Assembly (NCBI RefSeq): GCF_964188315.1
Contig: NC_135670.1
Location: 16,802,001-16,866,000, forward strand
Direction of reading: 5' to 3'
Origin: Podarcis muralis
Lineage: Eukaryota
DNA: 64,000 bases
Both the position numbers and the translations under genes were made by a program. Shown here piece by piece: positions 1 to 27,257 of this stretch; within the stretch, counting starts at the first letter, position 1; each line of letters opens with the position of its first letter. A model generated the notes under the pieces. The model saw only the letters and a list, made by a program, of their open reading frames with translations. It made no database searches and had not been told where the DNA came from.

Positions 1-75
1 TCCAAGAAATTCAGAGAGAAATAAACAGAGAAACCCAGCTAACAAGTCTAAAAGCTTTCTGCTGTCACCATTAAC

Positions 76-78
<3 letters not shown>

Positions 79-129
<51 letters not shown>
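79..129. repeat. (TC)n microsatellite
   Basis: Pure TC run seen directly. Confidence 0.95.
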
Positions 130-135
<6 letters not shown>

Positions 136-756
136 CCCCTCTGAAAACAGAGAGCAAAAATGCTGTAAAGATGGGACTTTTATAGAGTTGCCTTCTCTGT
201 CGCTTTGTCCCATGGATGACCAGGCTGACAATGGCCAGGAAGCATCTCGCACTTTCCCTCTCTGCAGGCTTTTGCTGATGCAGGATGTGTGGAAGACCAG
301 GTGCCGGATTGGGGGGTGGGTGGGGGAGAGAGAGCCCTTTCTCTTGTGGTGGGAATAAGCAAGGCAGGCAGATCCTGTGACCCCCTAAACCCCCCTTTTC
401 CATGAACCACAGGGATCAGTTGCTGCATTGTTTAGAAGATGCTTCCCAATTGTTATATAGCTGAGCCACACTTGTTTTGTGTGTCCTCCCCGCTCCCCAA
501 TTAAAACAGGAAGCATGCCGTTGAACTGAAATTTAGGGTGTGTACAAGCCACCCACGGTCAGTGGACTCCTCCAGTTGAGCCTCTGCTCGAGTCCCTGTT
601 CTGACGGAAAAGAGAAATGTACGGGACACAGCAGGCAGCCTCTGCCATGGACAGATCATTTTGCTGTAGGAGGAGACAGCCAGAGCAGTAAATCATGCAG
701 AGATGCAGCCAGCGAGCAGCCACGTCTGTGAGAAGTGAATGAATGAATGAATGAAG

Positions 757-990
757 AGAGAGTGGTGTGGTGGTTGGTCATCAGACTAGGACCCAGGAGA
801 GACCAGAGTTCAAATCCCTGCTCAGCCATGAAACTCACTGGTGACCTTGGTCACTGCCTTCACAGCTTAACCTACCTTGCAGGGTTGTTGTGTGGATCAA
901 ATGGGGAGGAAGAGAATCATATATGCCACCCTGCGCTCCTTGGAGATCCCATTGGGATACAAATATGATCAATCAATACGTAAAATAAAC
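757..990 (+). mobile_element. tRNA-headed MIR/CORE-like squamate SINE
   Basis: GTGGTGTGGTGGTT...GTTCAAATCC head followed by a CORE-like body. Related copies at about 22570-22745 (+), 28990-29135 (-) and 36755-37310 (-, split by a Sauria SINE). Confidence 0.7.
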
Positions 991-1597
991 AGATATGGGT
1001 TTCCCTGGTTTCACATATGGTTAGTTTTTGTTCTTAACTATGGAGTATAAGAGAGGTGAGAAGGGGTTAACAGGGAAAAGCAAATACTTGGCCTAACCCA
1101 GGACCAGCTGCCCCCCTCTTTACCCCTAAGTGTGAAGGGGGTGTGAGAGCAAAGATAAAAAGAAGGAAAAGGGGGCAAAATGGCAAGAAACAAGGGGACC
1201 AGCTGCTAGATTTCTAAGCTGTCCACTTATGCACATTTACTTTCATGCAGTGTGCACTATAAAATGCTGGTGGCAGGTATTGTTATGGGGAGAGACATTG
1301 GGGTGGGGTGGGGGAGCTATTCCAAATGCCTTGCCCCACCCATCCCTCCCTGGGAATTGTAAAAGGACAAGCTGCTGTTTAAGTACTTATTCTTGCTCTC
1401 TCTTCCGATAGCTCACCTGATTTTTGTCATTTTGGGAGTGCTAACATTCCTTGTTCTCAATTAAGCATTCCTCAATAGGATTCGGGGTCTGCAAAGCTCT
1501 GACAGTAGGGTTGATTTAGGAATTGATAAGGTTTTTTGTTAACGTTTTCATATAATGAGTTATGCAGAAGTATAGATGGATAAACCACATACTCAAA

Positions 1598-1603
1598 TTT
1601 ATT
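1598..1603 (-). terminator. Probable polyadenylation signal of the V-ATPase A-like gene
   Basis: AATAAA on the minus strand about 260 nt after the stop codon at 1861-1863. Confidence 0.55.
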
Positions 1604-1860
1604 CAAGCTATGCAAATTAAAAACTTACAAACAAATCCAAAGGTTTGCACCTGACTCCTTTGCTTCCAATATTACAACTGCTACCAAACAGCCACACGTG
1701 ACTGGTTACAAACTGTGATGGTGTCAGCCCCCTATTTGACATGAAAAATGAGCTCTTAGCAATGAGTTCTTAATTGGAGCTGTTACATCGCCGCCACCCT
1801 GAAATGTGAAAAGTCCTGCTGCAAATCACTCAAAGTTTTGAGTACTCCGAGTCCTCCTTT

Positions 1861-16554
<14,694 letters not shown>

Positions 16555-16809
16555 GATTCTGGAAGGTGAGATGAGGCCGCAGGGTAGGACTTTCAACTGC
16601 AACAATACCTGCATCAGAAATGGGGTGGGAGGATGAATCAAAGCGGGGGGGGGGGACCCATGCCCTGGGTCTTTTGCACTGAGTTTTAGATTTCCTGCTG
16701 CTTTCAGAAACTTTTGTATATAAAATATGCTCACACAGGGCAGTTTAGCACAATGCTGGTAAGACCACAGTCACCCAACATCTTAATTTGCCCAGACAGA
16801 AAGCACATA

Positions 16810-17051
16810 CAGTGGTACCTCAGGTTACATATGCATCAGGTTACATACACTTCAGGTTACAGACTCCGCTAACCCAGAAATATTACCTCAGGTTAAGAAC
16901 TTTGCTTCAGGATGAAAACAGAAATCGTGCTCCGGCAGCGCGGCAGCAGCAGGAGGCCCCATTAGCTAAAGTGGTGCTTCAGGTTAAGAACAGTTTGAGG
17001 TTAAGAACGGACCTCCGGAACGAATTAAGTATTTAACCCGAGGTACCACTG
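16810..17051. mobile_element. Tc1/mariner (Tigger-like) MITE
   Basis: TIRs CAGTGGTACCTC with TA TSD; same family as 30379-30596. Confidence 0.9.
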
Positions 17052-17452
17052 TATAAAATTAGCAAGTGTGGTGTTGTGCCATGGGCTTGCACCCGAGTCT
17101 TTCAGCACCCAGCAGCCCCTCTGCAGCCCATCCCTGTCCCCACACATCTTCAAATGGTGGGTCACAGCTGGGGAAGAGCTTTGCCTAAGCTGGAGTGCAC
17201 ATTTTGCTATGGTTGCCAACTTTCTTTACTAGTGGGGCTTCTGTGCCTTTACGACAACAACACTGCAGCGCAGGTGGAATGCTCACCGGTGAAACTGTTT
17301 CTGTGTGGAGATAAAGCGGCTGGAAAAATATTCATCAGCCTGTCACGCACCCGTTAATGGTACATGGAAAACACACCATTGGTAACTGTGGTCCAAAGCT
17401 GTGAACAGCACCCATTCCCACCCACACTGAATTCCTGAAGGTCAAGCCTTAC

Positions 17453-17780
17453 CTTTTGGAAGAGAAGTGCCAAACTATTTGGAGACGAGGAGTGAGAAAG
17501 TCCTTCCTCGTGTGTGGATGCTCAGATCAGCCTGACCTCTCCTTCTGCTCTCAAGGTTTAGTCAGGCTTGGCGGGGCGGTGTTCCTACTTTTGGGAGGGG
17601 GGGAGGGATGTTATTATTATACAGGGAAAGTGGTCAGGCAAACAGGTATGGCACGACCGCTTTCTGCTCTGAAACCAGTTCTGACCTGAGCAGGCCACAG
17701 AGAGCTGGGGAGAGGCTGGAGGTCACTGGGACAGGAGGAACGGAGCAAAACCTTACAAAGCGACTGCAAACAGTCATTCT
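17453..17780 (-). promoter_or_regulatory. Candidate non-coding exon 1 and promoter of the V-ATPase A-like gene
   Basis: The first coding exon has an acceptor 4 nt before the ATG (ttccag|AATCATG, 16558), so an upstream exon is required. Strong donor AAAAG|GTAAGG at 17453. Upstream are a GC box (about 17568-17578), a TATAAT-like element (about 17613-17621) and TGTTTGC at 17638-17644 and 17766-17772. Confidence 0.4.
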
Positions 17781-18057
17781 GTGTACTGTCAACAGTTCTT
17801 CTCTTTCCTGGTGCTTCAGGGCGGGGGGCTGCTTTGTTCTGATCCCCTTCCATAGGAAACAGAAACTCAACAGTTTTCTCCATATAGCCACATCTCTATG
17901 TGGGGTGGGGCTGTACCTGTTGAATTTCTGCCTGCCATGTATCTGTTAAAGGCAGAGAAAAAGAGTGGCTCTGGATTGCATGGGAATAGCAACCCTCTTT
18001 GATAACAAATAAATAAATTTCAGGGAGAATTTTGTCAAGGAGCCATTTAAAACACAG

Positions 18058-18342
18058 GGTCCGAATCCCGCGATGGGGTGAGCTCCCGTTGCTCGGTCCC
18101 TGCTCCTGCCAACCTAGCAGTTGGAAAGCACGTCAAAGTGCAAGTAGATAAAATAGGTACTGCTCCGGCGGGAAGGTAAATGGCGTTTCCGTGTGCTGCT
18201 CTGGTTCGCCAGAAGCGGCTTAGTCATGCTGGCCACATGACCCAGAAGCTGTACACCAGCTCCCTCAGCCAATAAAGCGAAATGAGCGCCACAACCCCAG
18301 AGTCACGACTGGACCTAATGGTCAGGGGTCCCTTTACCTTTA
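18058..18342 (+). mobile_element. Sauria SINE, 5'-truncated
   Basis: Close match to the other Sauria SINE copies in the window. Confidence 0.88.
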
Positions 18343-19528
18343 TAGGATCAGTGCTGGATTGTCCAATAGGCAGACTAAGCATGTATTTAGGGCACCAGCA
18401 AAGCAGGGAGACACACAGAGACACACACAAAGAGAAATGAGATACTTTTTTTGAAAGAATTTGACATAGATTTTTTTAAAGCATCAAAACAGTCATTATG
18501 GGGAGAAACACAGCTTTGTTAGTTTTCCTTAACTCCACCCCACACTATTCCCCCATTTTTTTGTTCTCTTATTACTTATCCCCACCTAAACCATAGGGGC
18601 GTCCTACTAACGTTAATAGAAATAATATGAAGGAATCAGATCCCATGCATGCACATTTCAGCATACATGTAAGTTCTGAAAAATAAAATTTTATTTTACA
18701 GGTTAGTATCGTTTTTATTTTGAATTACATATGGCGGAGGAGGGACCATAAACTTTTCAGTGCTTAGGTCCTCTAGGGCTTAATCCAGATCTGTATAGGA
18801 TATGTGCGCATTTTAGACAGCATTGTGTGAACATGGGTTAAAAAATCCCACACTAGGAATGCAGTGAGTGTGTACAGAAAACAGGAATGTAAATATGAAG
18901 GTTGCCAGGTCGGGAGCATCCCAGATCCTGAGCTTTCAGGCCTCAAACCTGAGATCTAGGGATGGACCCTGGTGAGTCTTCTTCTGTGCTCCCTGGAGAT
19001 GGAGGTGAATTGGGAGGGGGAGGTGGGTGCAGAGAAGGGCAGATCCCACCCCCAAGACTCTATGCAATAATTTGCAGGCTGAAGCTTGCAAGTTGCACAC
19101 ACAATATTCTTAATTTTGCTTTTGTGGGGGTTTTTTAAGGCACTCTCGTCCACCTGGAGATTCAAGCCCTACCCCTGCCACCTGGAGGGGGCCAGGCAAA
19201 TCTGGATACTTCATGTCAATCCCAGAGATCTGGAAGCTCTAGTGAGCACAACTACAGCTCGCGGTTCCAAGTTTTTTGAAAACAAATGAATGAAGCTCTA
19301 TGATACTACCACCTCCAATTCCCCCCTGTCACCCCCAGCTCATCATTTTTGCCATCAATGGTTATTGTTCCTCGGCAAAAACCAATTCTTTCCAGATTCC
19401 TCGTGACGCCCCTATGCAGGACGTAAAACAAACACACACACCCGGATTATTAATGCTCCTGCTAACTTTACCACACTCAGCAAATGCTTTCTGGCAGGGC
19501 CTGCCTTTTCCTGTAAGCCGCAGAATCG

Positions 19529-19615
19529 GTTGCCAAGACACATGATGGGGTTGCTAGGGGCTGCCCATTGCTAGGCAACCAGGCTTTCTGCTCTGCAGAG
19601 GCTTCTTCTTTTAAG
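19529..19615 (+). promoter_or_regulatory. Candidate KLHDC9 promoter and short non-coding exon 1 with RFX X-box motifs
   Basis: ATTGCTAGGCAAC at 19567-19579 (near-consensus X-box), half-sites GTTGCCAAG at 19529 and GTTGCTAGG at 19550, and donor TTAAG|GTAGGC at 19615. The KLHDC9 ATG exon begins at an acceptor (ctgcag|, 20921), so an upstream exon is required. Confidence 0.45.
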
Positions 19616-20932
19616 GTAGGCCCAAATGACTGTTTCTGAGATTGATGACACAGCCATTCCTGCATGCACACACAAATCTGGTCTGAGAGGTTCTTTGGGG
19701 GGGAATGGGGAGGGACATTTATCCAGCATAACTGGAAAACACACCCTGGCAGTGTGCTCAGGGGTGTTTGTGAGCATGTGCACAATAAGCTTTTTCATTT
19801 TGCTGGTGGGGGGTGGGGGGGGGGAAGACAACCCTTGAAGTTTGTGATCTGACAGCTACCATATGAAGAGGAGGAACGTTATTTTGGAGTAGGACAGGAT
19901 GCGTTTTTTTGTTTTTTTAAAACAAAACAAAATGAATTGCACCAAACTCCTTGCACAAATGCTTCCACCCTTCCTATTTACCAGAGGAAGGGCACCCTTT
20001 CTTAACCTGTTCCTGGTATAACATGCTTTTTATTCCTGCTCTTGCATGCCTTGGTAAAATGACCTGAGCTTGGTGGGGGCAATCAGGCAAAGGGACATTG
20101 ATTTTCAGTTTAGGCTCAGTGGTGCAGGGGCTTTAAACCCAAGTACAAAAAAAAAATGTTTATTCTTATTTTAGTTTTTGGAGGGGTAGGGAAAGAGTGT
20201 CAGGACTGAGGGTGCATATGCTTGTTTGTGTATTGCAAGGGTAGATTTTCAGTTCAGTTCACTGTTTAAGTAAAGTGGTCTATTTACATATGGTGTATTG
20301 CAGCACATTCCTGGAGTCAGTTCGGCCATGCATTTAAAACACTATGATACTTCTTTAAACAGTCGTGGCATACGCCGAAGGATTCTGTGACCTGTAGTTC
20401 GTTAAGGGTGCTGAGACCTGTTAGGAAGCCCCTCTTCTCCCTCTTAGAGCCACAATTGCTAGAGTGGTTTTAACAATCAATCCCCCTTCCCAGGGAAGCT
20501 GGGAGACTTGGGAAGTTGAGGGAGTTGGGTAAGTTTAGCCTTCATGCTGTATTGTTTTTAACACTTGATTGGGAGCAGCCCAGAGTGGCTGGGGAAACTC
20601 AGCCAGATGGGCGGCGTATAAATAATAATACGTATAAATTGTGATTATTATTATGGCACAGAGGGGACAGAGGTGATATGAGATCCAGTTTATGAAGGAG
20701 TGTTGTTCCATTGGGCATCTAACGATAAGACCTGTTTCTATTTTTTATTGTTGGTAATCTCCACATCTCTCCTCTTTCGTGCAAGAAAAAAATGTTTACT
20801 TGTATTATTTTAGGTTTGTTCCAACATGGCTATTTGCAGTTCATTAAGATGAATAAATAAATCCCTCTTTGGATTGCCCACCACCTTGTCCCTTGACCCT
20901 TCTTGCTTTGCCCCCTGCAGGTCAAACCTGGT

Positions 20933-23900
20933 ATGGCAGCCACCGGCCGCAGCTGGGAGTGGAGGCCAGTGGTGTGCAGTGACCTCCTCGGCCGTGCATT
21001 CCACTCGTGCAATGTGGTGCAGGGCAAGCTCCTCATCTTCGGGGGCCTGAAGTCGCAGGAGACCCAGGAGCCACCCCTTGGGGATGTGGTGGCCTTCGAC
21101 CCCTCACTCCAGATGGTCAAAAGGATGGCTCCTGAATGCGAGCACCGCCGGAGCCACCATGAAGCTGTGGTCCTGTCTGACCGCTTCCTGTGCGTGGTGG
21201 GGGGCTGGGACGGCTCCCACCGGGTCTCTGACGTGTGCTGCTTTGATGCCGAACAGGGGCAGTGGGAACGCTGGGCTGCGGGGCCCTCCAACCAGGCCCC
21301 CGTGGGGCTCAGCAGCCACACTTGCACTAAGCTCACGGACCATGAGGCACGGGTGGTGGGCCGCGAGGGCGGGCTGCGAACTCAGCGGCGCTACGCCAGC
21401 ATCTTCACGTTGCATCTCAACCCTGCCAGCAAGACCTACTGGTAAGACCTTGCCCAGAATACCGAGCTGCTTGCAAGGACTTCAGTCCTACAAAGGTTTT
21501 TCACCTTCTCTCATAACACTGGAACACATGGGCATCTAGAGAAGCTGAGCGTTGGAAGGGTCAGAGCAGATGAAAGAAAGTACCGTATTTTTCGCTCTAT
21601 AGGATGCACTTTTCCCCCTCCAAAAATTAAGGGGAAATGTGTGTGCGTCCTATGGAGCGAATGCAGGCTCCTTGGCTTCAGCGATAGCAATGCGAAGCCT
21701 CCGAAGCGCAGAGGGAGTGCTCCCTCCGCGCTCCGGAGGCTTCGCGTTGCTTTCGCTGAAGCCTGGAGAGCGAGAGGGGTCGGTGCGCATTGACCCCTCT
21801 CGCTCTCCAGGCTTCAGGGATAGCCGCCTGAAGCCTCCAGAGCACAGCGGGAACTCGCGCTGCGCTCCGAAGGCTTTGGGTTCCTTTTGCTGAAGCCGGG
21901 AGAGCAATACTCTCCCGGCTTCAGCAGAGAGGGAGAGCTGCGCAGCGCCCCTTCAGCGAAGCGGGAGGAGAATTGGAAGGGGCCCTGTTTCTCCTGCCAC
22001 TTCGCTGAAGGGGCGCTGAGCAGAGAGGGGGAGAATTCTTTTTTCTTGTTCTCCCCCTCTAAAACAAGGTGCATCCTATGGTCAGGTGCATCCTATAGAA
22101 TGAAAAATATGGTACTTCTTCACACAGCACATAATTAAAACTGCACAACGCAGAATGGCTTTAAAAGAAAGTTGGACAAATGGAGGAGAAGGCTAGCAAT
22201 GGCTACTAGCCGTGTTGGCTATGCTCTGCCTCCTATGTCAGAGGCACCAATGCTTCTGGATTCCAGAGGGGAGAGGGCTCTTGTGCTCAGATCCTGCTTG
22301 CAGGTTTCCCACAGGCATTTGGTCGGCCACTGTGAGAACAGGATGCTGGACTAGATGGGTCACTGGCCTGATTCAGCAAGCTCTTCTTATTTTGTGTGGC
22401 TGCACCTACAAGCTTAGATGGTACAGGCCAGACTTAAATAAACATCTGTTAGATTTAGCAAGCAAGGGGGATCCTCCAGATGTTCTTGGACTCCAACTCC
22501 CACCATCTTTGACCATTGGCCACAATGGCTGCTGGGAGTTGCGAGTCCAACCGCTGGTATAGGAAAACCAATGTGGCATAGTGGTTAGTCTTGGTCCTGG
22601 GAGACCAAAGTTCAGGTCTCCACTCAGCCATGAAGCTCACTAGGTGACATTGAGCTCACTCACTGCCTATAAGCCTAACACACAGGCTTGTTGTGGGGTT
22701 TAAATGAGAGAACCATGTACACACCTTGAGTTCTTGATAGAGGGCTTTCTAATTTCCTTTTGTTCTTTCTTTCTTTTTGCTTTTCTCTATTTTTCTTTTT
22801 TAGATTAGTGTGATTTTCATTGTATTTTATGTTGTATTTTATGTTATATTTTCATTGTATTTTTATGTTTTAATTAAAAAAAGATTATTATTTTTAAAAG
22901 AGCATCCTTTGCCTCTCTCCTCCTGCTGCCAGGTACAAAGAAGAGGAATCACGCACGGCCTCCCGGGCCGGCCATTCTGCCATGCTGCTGCGCGAAACCA
23001 CCCCAAGCGGGAAGAGCAGTGGCTACAATCTGGTGGTCTTTGGAGGACGGGACTCTGCTGACTTCGACATAGCTGGACACTGGGGGAAAAGCAAAATCCA
23101 TGTGAGTGTGAGTGGGGTGGGTGCACGATGTGGCCTTGTAGAAATAGGAAAGCCAAGATCCCCTCACGTGTGTATGTGGAGGTGGGCTGTAGCTCAGTGG
23201 TAGAGCACCTACTTTACTTGAAGAAGGTTCCACATTCATCGCCAGGCAGGACTGGGATAAAACTCCCCGCCTGAAGTCCTGTAGAGCCTCTGCCAGTCAG
23301 TGTTGACAATGGTGAGATGAATTGTCTCAGTATAAGCAAACAAACATGCTGATGACACCCAACTCTATCTGTTGATGGATGGCCATCCTGACTCGGCCCC
23401 AGACACACTGATCAGATGCCTGGAAGCTGTGGCTGGATGGTTACGTGGGAGCCGGTTGAAGTTAAATCCTTCAAAGACAGAGGTCCTCTGGCTGGGACGG
23501 GACGATATGAGATTGAGGGGGCAACTCCCTTCTCTTGCGGGGGTGCAATTAGTGCCAGCACCATCCGTTAAGAGTTTGGGTGTAATCTTCGATACCTCCC
23601 TCTCCATGGAGGCGCAGATTGCAGCTATAACAAAGGCGGCATTTTTTCATCTCCGCCAAGCTAAGCAGTTGGCTCCTTACCTCTCTCACCCTGACCTAGC
23701 CACTGTGATCCATGCGACGGTCACCTCCAGACTGGATTATTGTAACTCGCTCTACGTGGGGCTGCCCTTGAGACTGACCCAGAAACTCCAGCGGGTGCAG
23801 AATGCCGCAGCGAGACTCCTTACGGGGTCTTCGCTGTGAGATCACATTCATCCGGTGCTATACCAGCTGCACTGGCTCCCGGTGGAGTACAGGATCAGGT

Positions 23901-24359
23901 TTAAGGTGCTGGTTTTAACCTTTAAAGCCCTATACGGCCTAGGACCCTCGTACCTACGGGACCGCCTCTCCTGGTATGCCCCACAGAGGAACTTACGGTC
24001 TTCAAATAAAAACATCTTGAAGGTCCCAGGCCACAGAGAGGTTAGGCTGGCCTCAACTAGAGCCAGAGCTTTTTCGGCTGCGGCTCCAACCTGGTGGAAT
24101 GCCCTGTCGCAAGAGACAAGGGCCCTGCAGGACTTGACATCTTTTCGCAGGGCCTGTAAGACAGAGCTGTTCCACCAGGCCTTTGGTCAGGGCGCAGCCT
24201 GACTCCCTCCTTTGGCAATCTCTACAAAGCTTTAGTCTATGGTTGCCATCAATTTGTATTTTAATTAATTTTTAGAATGTATTTATAATGTTGTACTGTT
24301 TTAGTGTTGTTAGCCGCCCTGAGCCCGGCTTCGGCTGGGGAGGGCGGGATATAAATAAA

Positions 24360-24413
<54 letters not shown>

Positions 24414-25602
24414 AAGCAGTTGCAATTAAAAACATACTTCCACCTAGTGATCTCAGGGATTGCCAGGCACCACCACCAAGGCCTCCCCTGCTAATTGTAG
24501 GGTCCAAATGGCTAGTACTGTGGAAAGTGCTCTTTTGGGTTCAGATCAGGATGTGAAATTGAGCCCCTTGGAGTGCCACCTTCCTCCCCTTTGCATCAAA
24601 CCCTTTTCTCCAAATGCTTTACCCTCGAGCTCCTACTGCTCTTGGCATTCTCAGCCTGTCCTGTTGTCTTCAACATCATCCATTCAACCATCCTGCCCCA
24701 CTGGAATCCAGTCCCTCCGCTTAACAATCCATATTCTCTCAATAAAATTAAGCATTTTTAATCCACAACATTCTAATAAAAGAATTTAGCGACGCTTAAA
24801 CCTATACAGCCTCCATCTCTCTGTACTTTTCAAAGTCTGCCGCACCCTTTCCCTCCCTCAGGTTGATTCTGTCCATGCTCCTGGGCTGACAGAGAACCTC
24901 TCTCGCTTGGTCAGCACTGAAAAGGGATCCCGGCAGGGTCCCAAAGGCCTGAGGCACCAATCTTGCACTGTGGTGGGGCCTTTTGCTGTCATCTTTGGCG
25001 GGGAGACTTTATCGACCGGCAGGGATGCCATTTGCAATGATCTTTACATCCATGATACAAGTAAGTGGCATCCTTGTGCAAAGAATCTCTGGCCAGAAGC
25101 TGGGACAAATCTTGGGGGCGCTTATTAGAACCACGCATGTAAATTCTCCAGCTATGTAGCATCTTCCACACACCCCCATTGCAATTCTCCACTTGCCCGA
25201 AGGGTTGTTGAATAGGGAATTGTACGCCTAGCAAGCCACGATGAGGAACAAGTACTCCTCAGATAAAATGTAGGGGGGAACTGAAGTAACTGCTAACCAA
25301 GACAACTTGGCCTATCCCATCTCTCCACACAAAGAAGGTTCAGGTATGAGCCTCTTTTGCACCCAACCAGCAGCTAGAGTTGATGGGATAGGAAGTTTCT
25401 CCCAAGAACCTCACAGAGCTTGTCTCTTCTCTCAGGGTCTTCGCCAGCAAAGTGGTTTCACTTCTCTTGCTCCAACCGGGGCCAGAAGAGAGTTGGCCAC
25501 CGCACCTGCCTCTGCAATGACAAGCTCTACCTCATCGGAGGGTTTGGGGCTGATGGAAAGACGCCCTGCCAAGAGATCTGCAGCTTGGAGTTTGCTCTGT
25601 GA
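20933..25602 (+). CDS. KLHDC9: Kelch domain-containing protein 9, complete, 4 coding exons, 347 aa
   Basis: Exons 20933-21441, 22933-23101, 24862-25060, 25436-25602 (1044 nt), GT-AG, phases consistent. Motifs GRAFHSC, LCVVGGWDGS, GLSSHTCT, GREGG..TQRRY, SCTVVGPFAVIFGGETL and VGHRTCL..DKLYLIGGFG match KLHDC9, and it sits next to PFDN2 as in human. AATAAA at 25717-25722 and 25858-25863. Confidence 0.94.
21583..22112. mobile_element. TA-TSD DNA transposon derivative (Tc1/mariner-type) with internal serial hairpins, inserted in a CR1 remnant
   Basis: Imperfect TIRs CCGTATTTTTCGCTCTATAGGATGCAC, TA flanks, GC-rich internal inverted repeats. Confidence 0.8.
23345..24412 (+). mobile_element. L2-clade LINE 3' fragment with (TTA)n tail
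   Basis: ORFs 23372-23839 (LKLNPSKTEVLW...SRLDYCNSL..GLP...KLQRVQNAAARL) and 23855-24202 (LHWLPVEYRIRFKVL); tail at 24362-24411. Confidence 0.92.
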
Positions 25603-27257
25603 AGTCTGAAGCCTCTCGCTACTGGCTCTCATCAACACCCCCAAGTGGACAGCGCTCTCAATTCTGCTCCACTCTCCTCTTGCCTGCAGGGGAAAGTGAG
25701 CCCCTGGGCCATGTGAAATAAAGCACCCCTCTGGCATGTCAGAAAGACTTTGATGCTCTTTCTGCAGGTAAATGTACAAGAGGGGGAATTGATCAGACTG
25801 AAGGACAGTAGGAAGAAAGTGCCTCATTGGGCAGGGGTGTAAGAGTCCAAAATTATGAATAAAGGTTTTCTGTGTAAACATCTTACTGATTTCTGAGGGC
25901 CTTCAGTATTGAAATCTGATCCATGTTTATCTGCACTCTACACTATTTAACACACCTTTTGCAATGGCAAACAGAAGCTGAATTCATCACCCCGTCTATG
26001 CGCATTTGCCAGATTTTGCTTATTTGGGGGAGTCTGGTTTTAGCAAATTAATATGAGTTTTAATCACCTAAGTCTACATACATGAACAGTTTTTTGTGGC
26101 ACGGCAGGGGTGGGGGTGAAGCATATTTTGATTCACATGATGCACGCCCCATCTTGAAAACAGCAGTGTTCCTGCAAGAGATGGGGAAATGCCTTTTAAA
26201 GTGACCCCTGTATTGACATTTTTTTTAAAAGGGGTGTTCCCCAACTATTTGGGCTTTTGACTGAGTAACAGATTTAAGCATAGTAGCCACTTACTTTGGA
26301 TGATTCCATTCTTTTGATTTATGATGATTGCAGCACATAACTTTGTTCCGCTGTGCTACTTATTGGAAGGGTGTGGGGCAAGGAGGTCAATTCCTACACA
26401 CTATGTAGGACATTCCTCATCTGGTTTCTCAGATTTTAAGTATATATTTGTGCCCAACACGGACTAGAAACTCACTCTGAAAGCAGATATACTGAAGAAG
26501 CCAACAGCTCCTATTTTGCTCTAGCAGAATCTTGGCATTCAAACACCAGCCCTATAAGCTACCTAGCCCAACTTCACCAAATGTTTTGGACAACTCCCAT
26601 GTGGCTGGGGCTAATGGGAGTTGTGGTTCAAAACATCTGGGGAGCATTGGGTTGGCTTTGGGCTAGCCAGGTGGGAGCCATTAACTGGAGATGCTGGAGG
26701 CCAAACCTGGGACCTTCTGCACACCAAAACATGTGTGCTGCCACACGCCTTTCTGCCTCCCCTAGCCTTGTGACGTCTCTCGAGATATCATTCCCAGCCC
26801 TGCTGTGTAACCTCCTTTAACTAGGGATGCCAGTGACTGAAGCTAAGGTTTCCTCCACTGGGAATGAGGGAACCTGTGGCCCTCCAGATGTTGTTGGACT
26901 CCCATCTCCCATCAGCCCCAGCCAGCAAGACCAATGACCAAGGATGGTGGGAGTTGGGTGTCCAAGAACATGTGAAAGGCAGCAAGTTCCCCATCCTTGG
27001 CTTCCATGCAAAGCACATGCTCTAGCCTTGGGTGATGGGCAGCATCTTGTAAAGGGATGGGTGGCGATTCAGCACAGCTGCCAATGTTCGCACTGGTCCC
27101 AAAAGTATGTGACACACCAAAAAGTTTTATTTAACAAAAAAATATCGTCAGAGTTGACACCAAAATAATAATAAAGTTAAGCCTTTTGAGGTCAATAGCC
27201 ATAACTGTAGAGCGAGAGGCGGTAAAAAAGTCCTTTGGGAGACGGCTGCTGCGCCCA

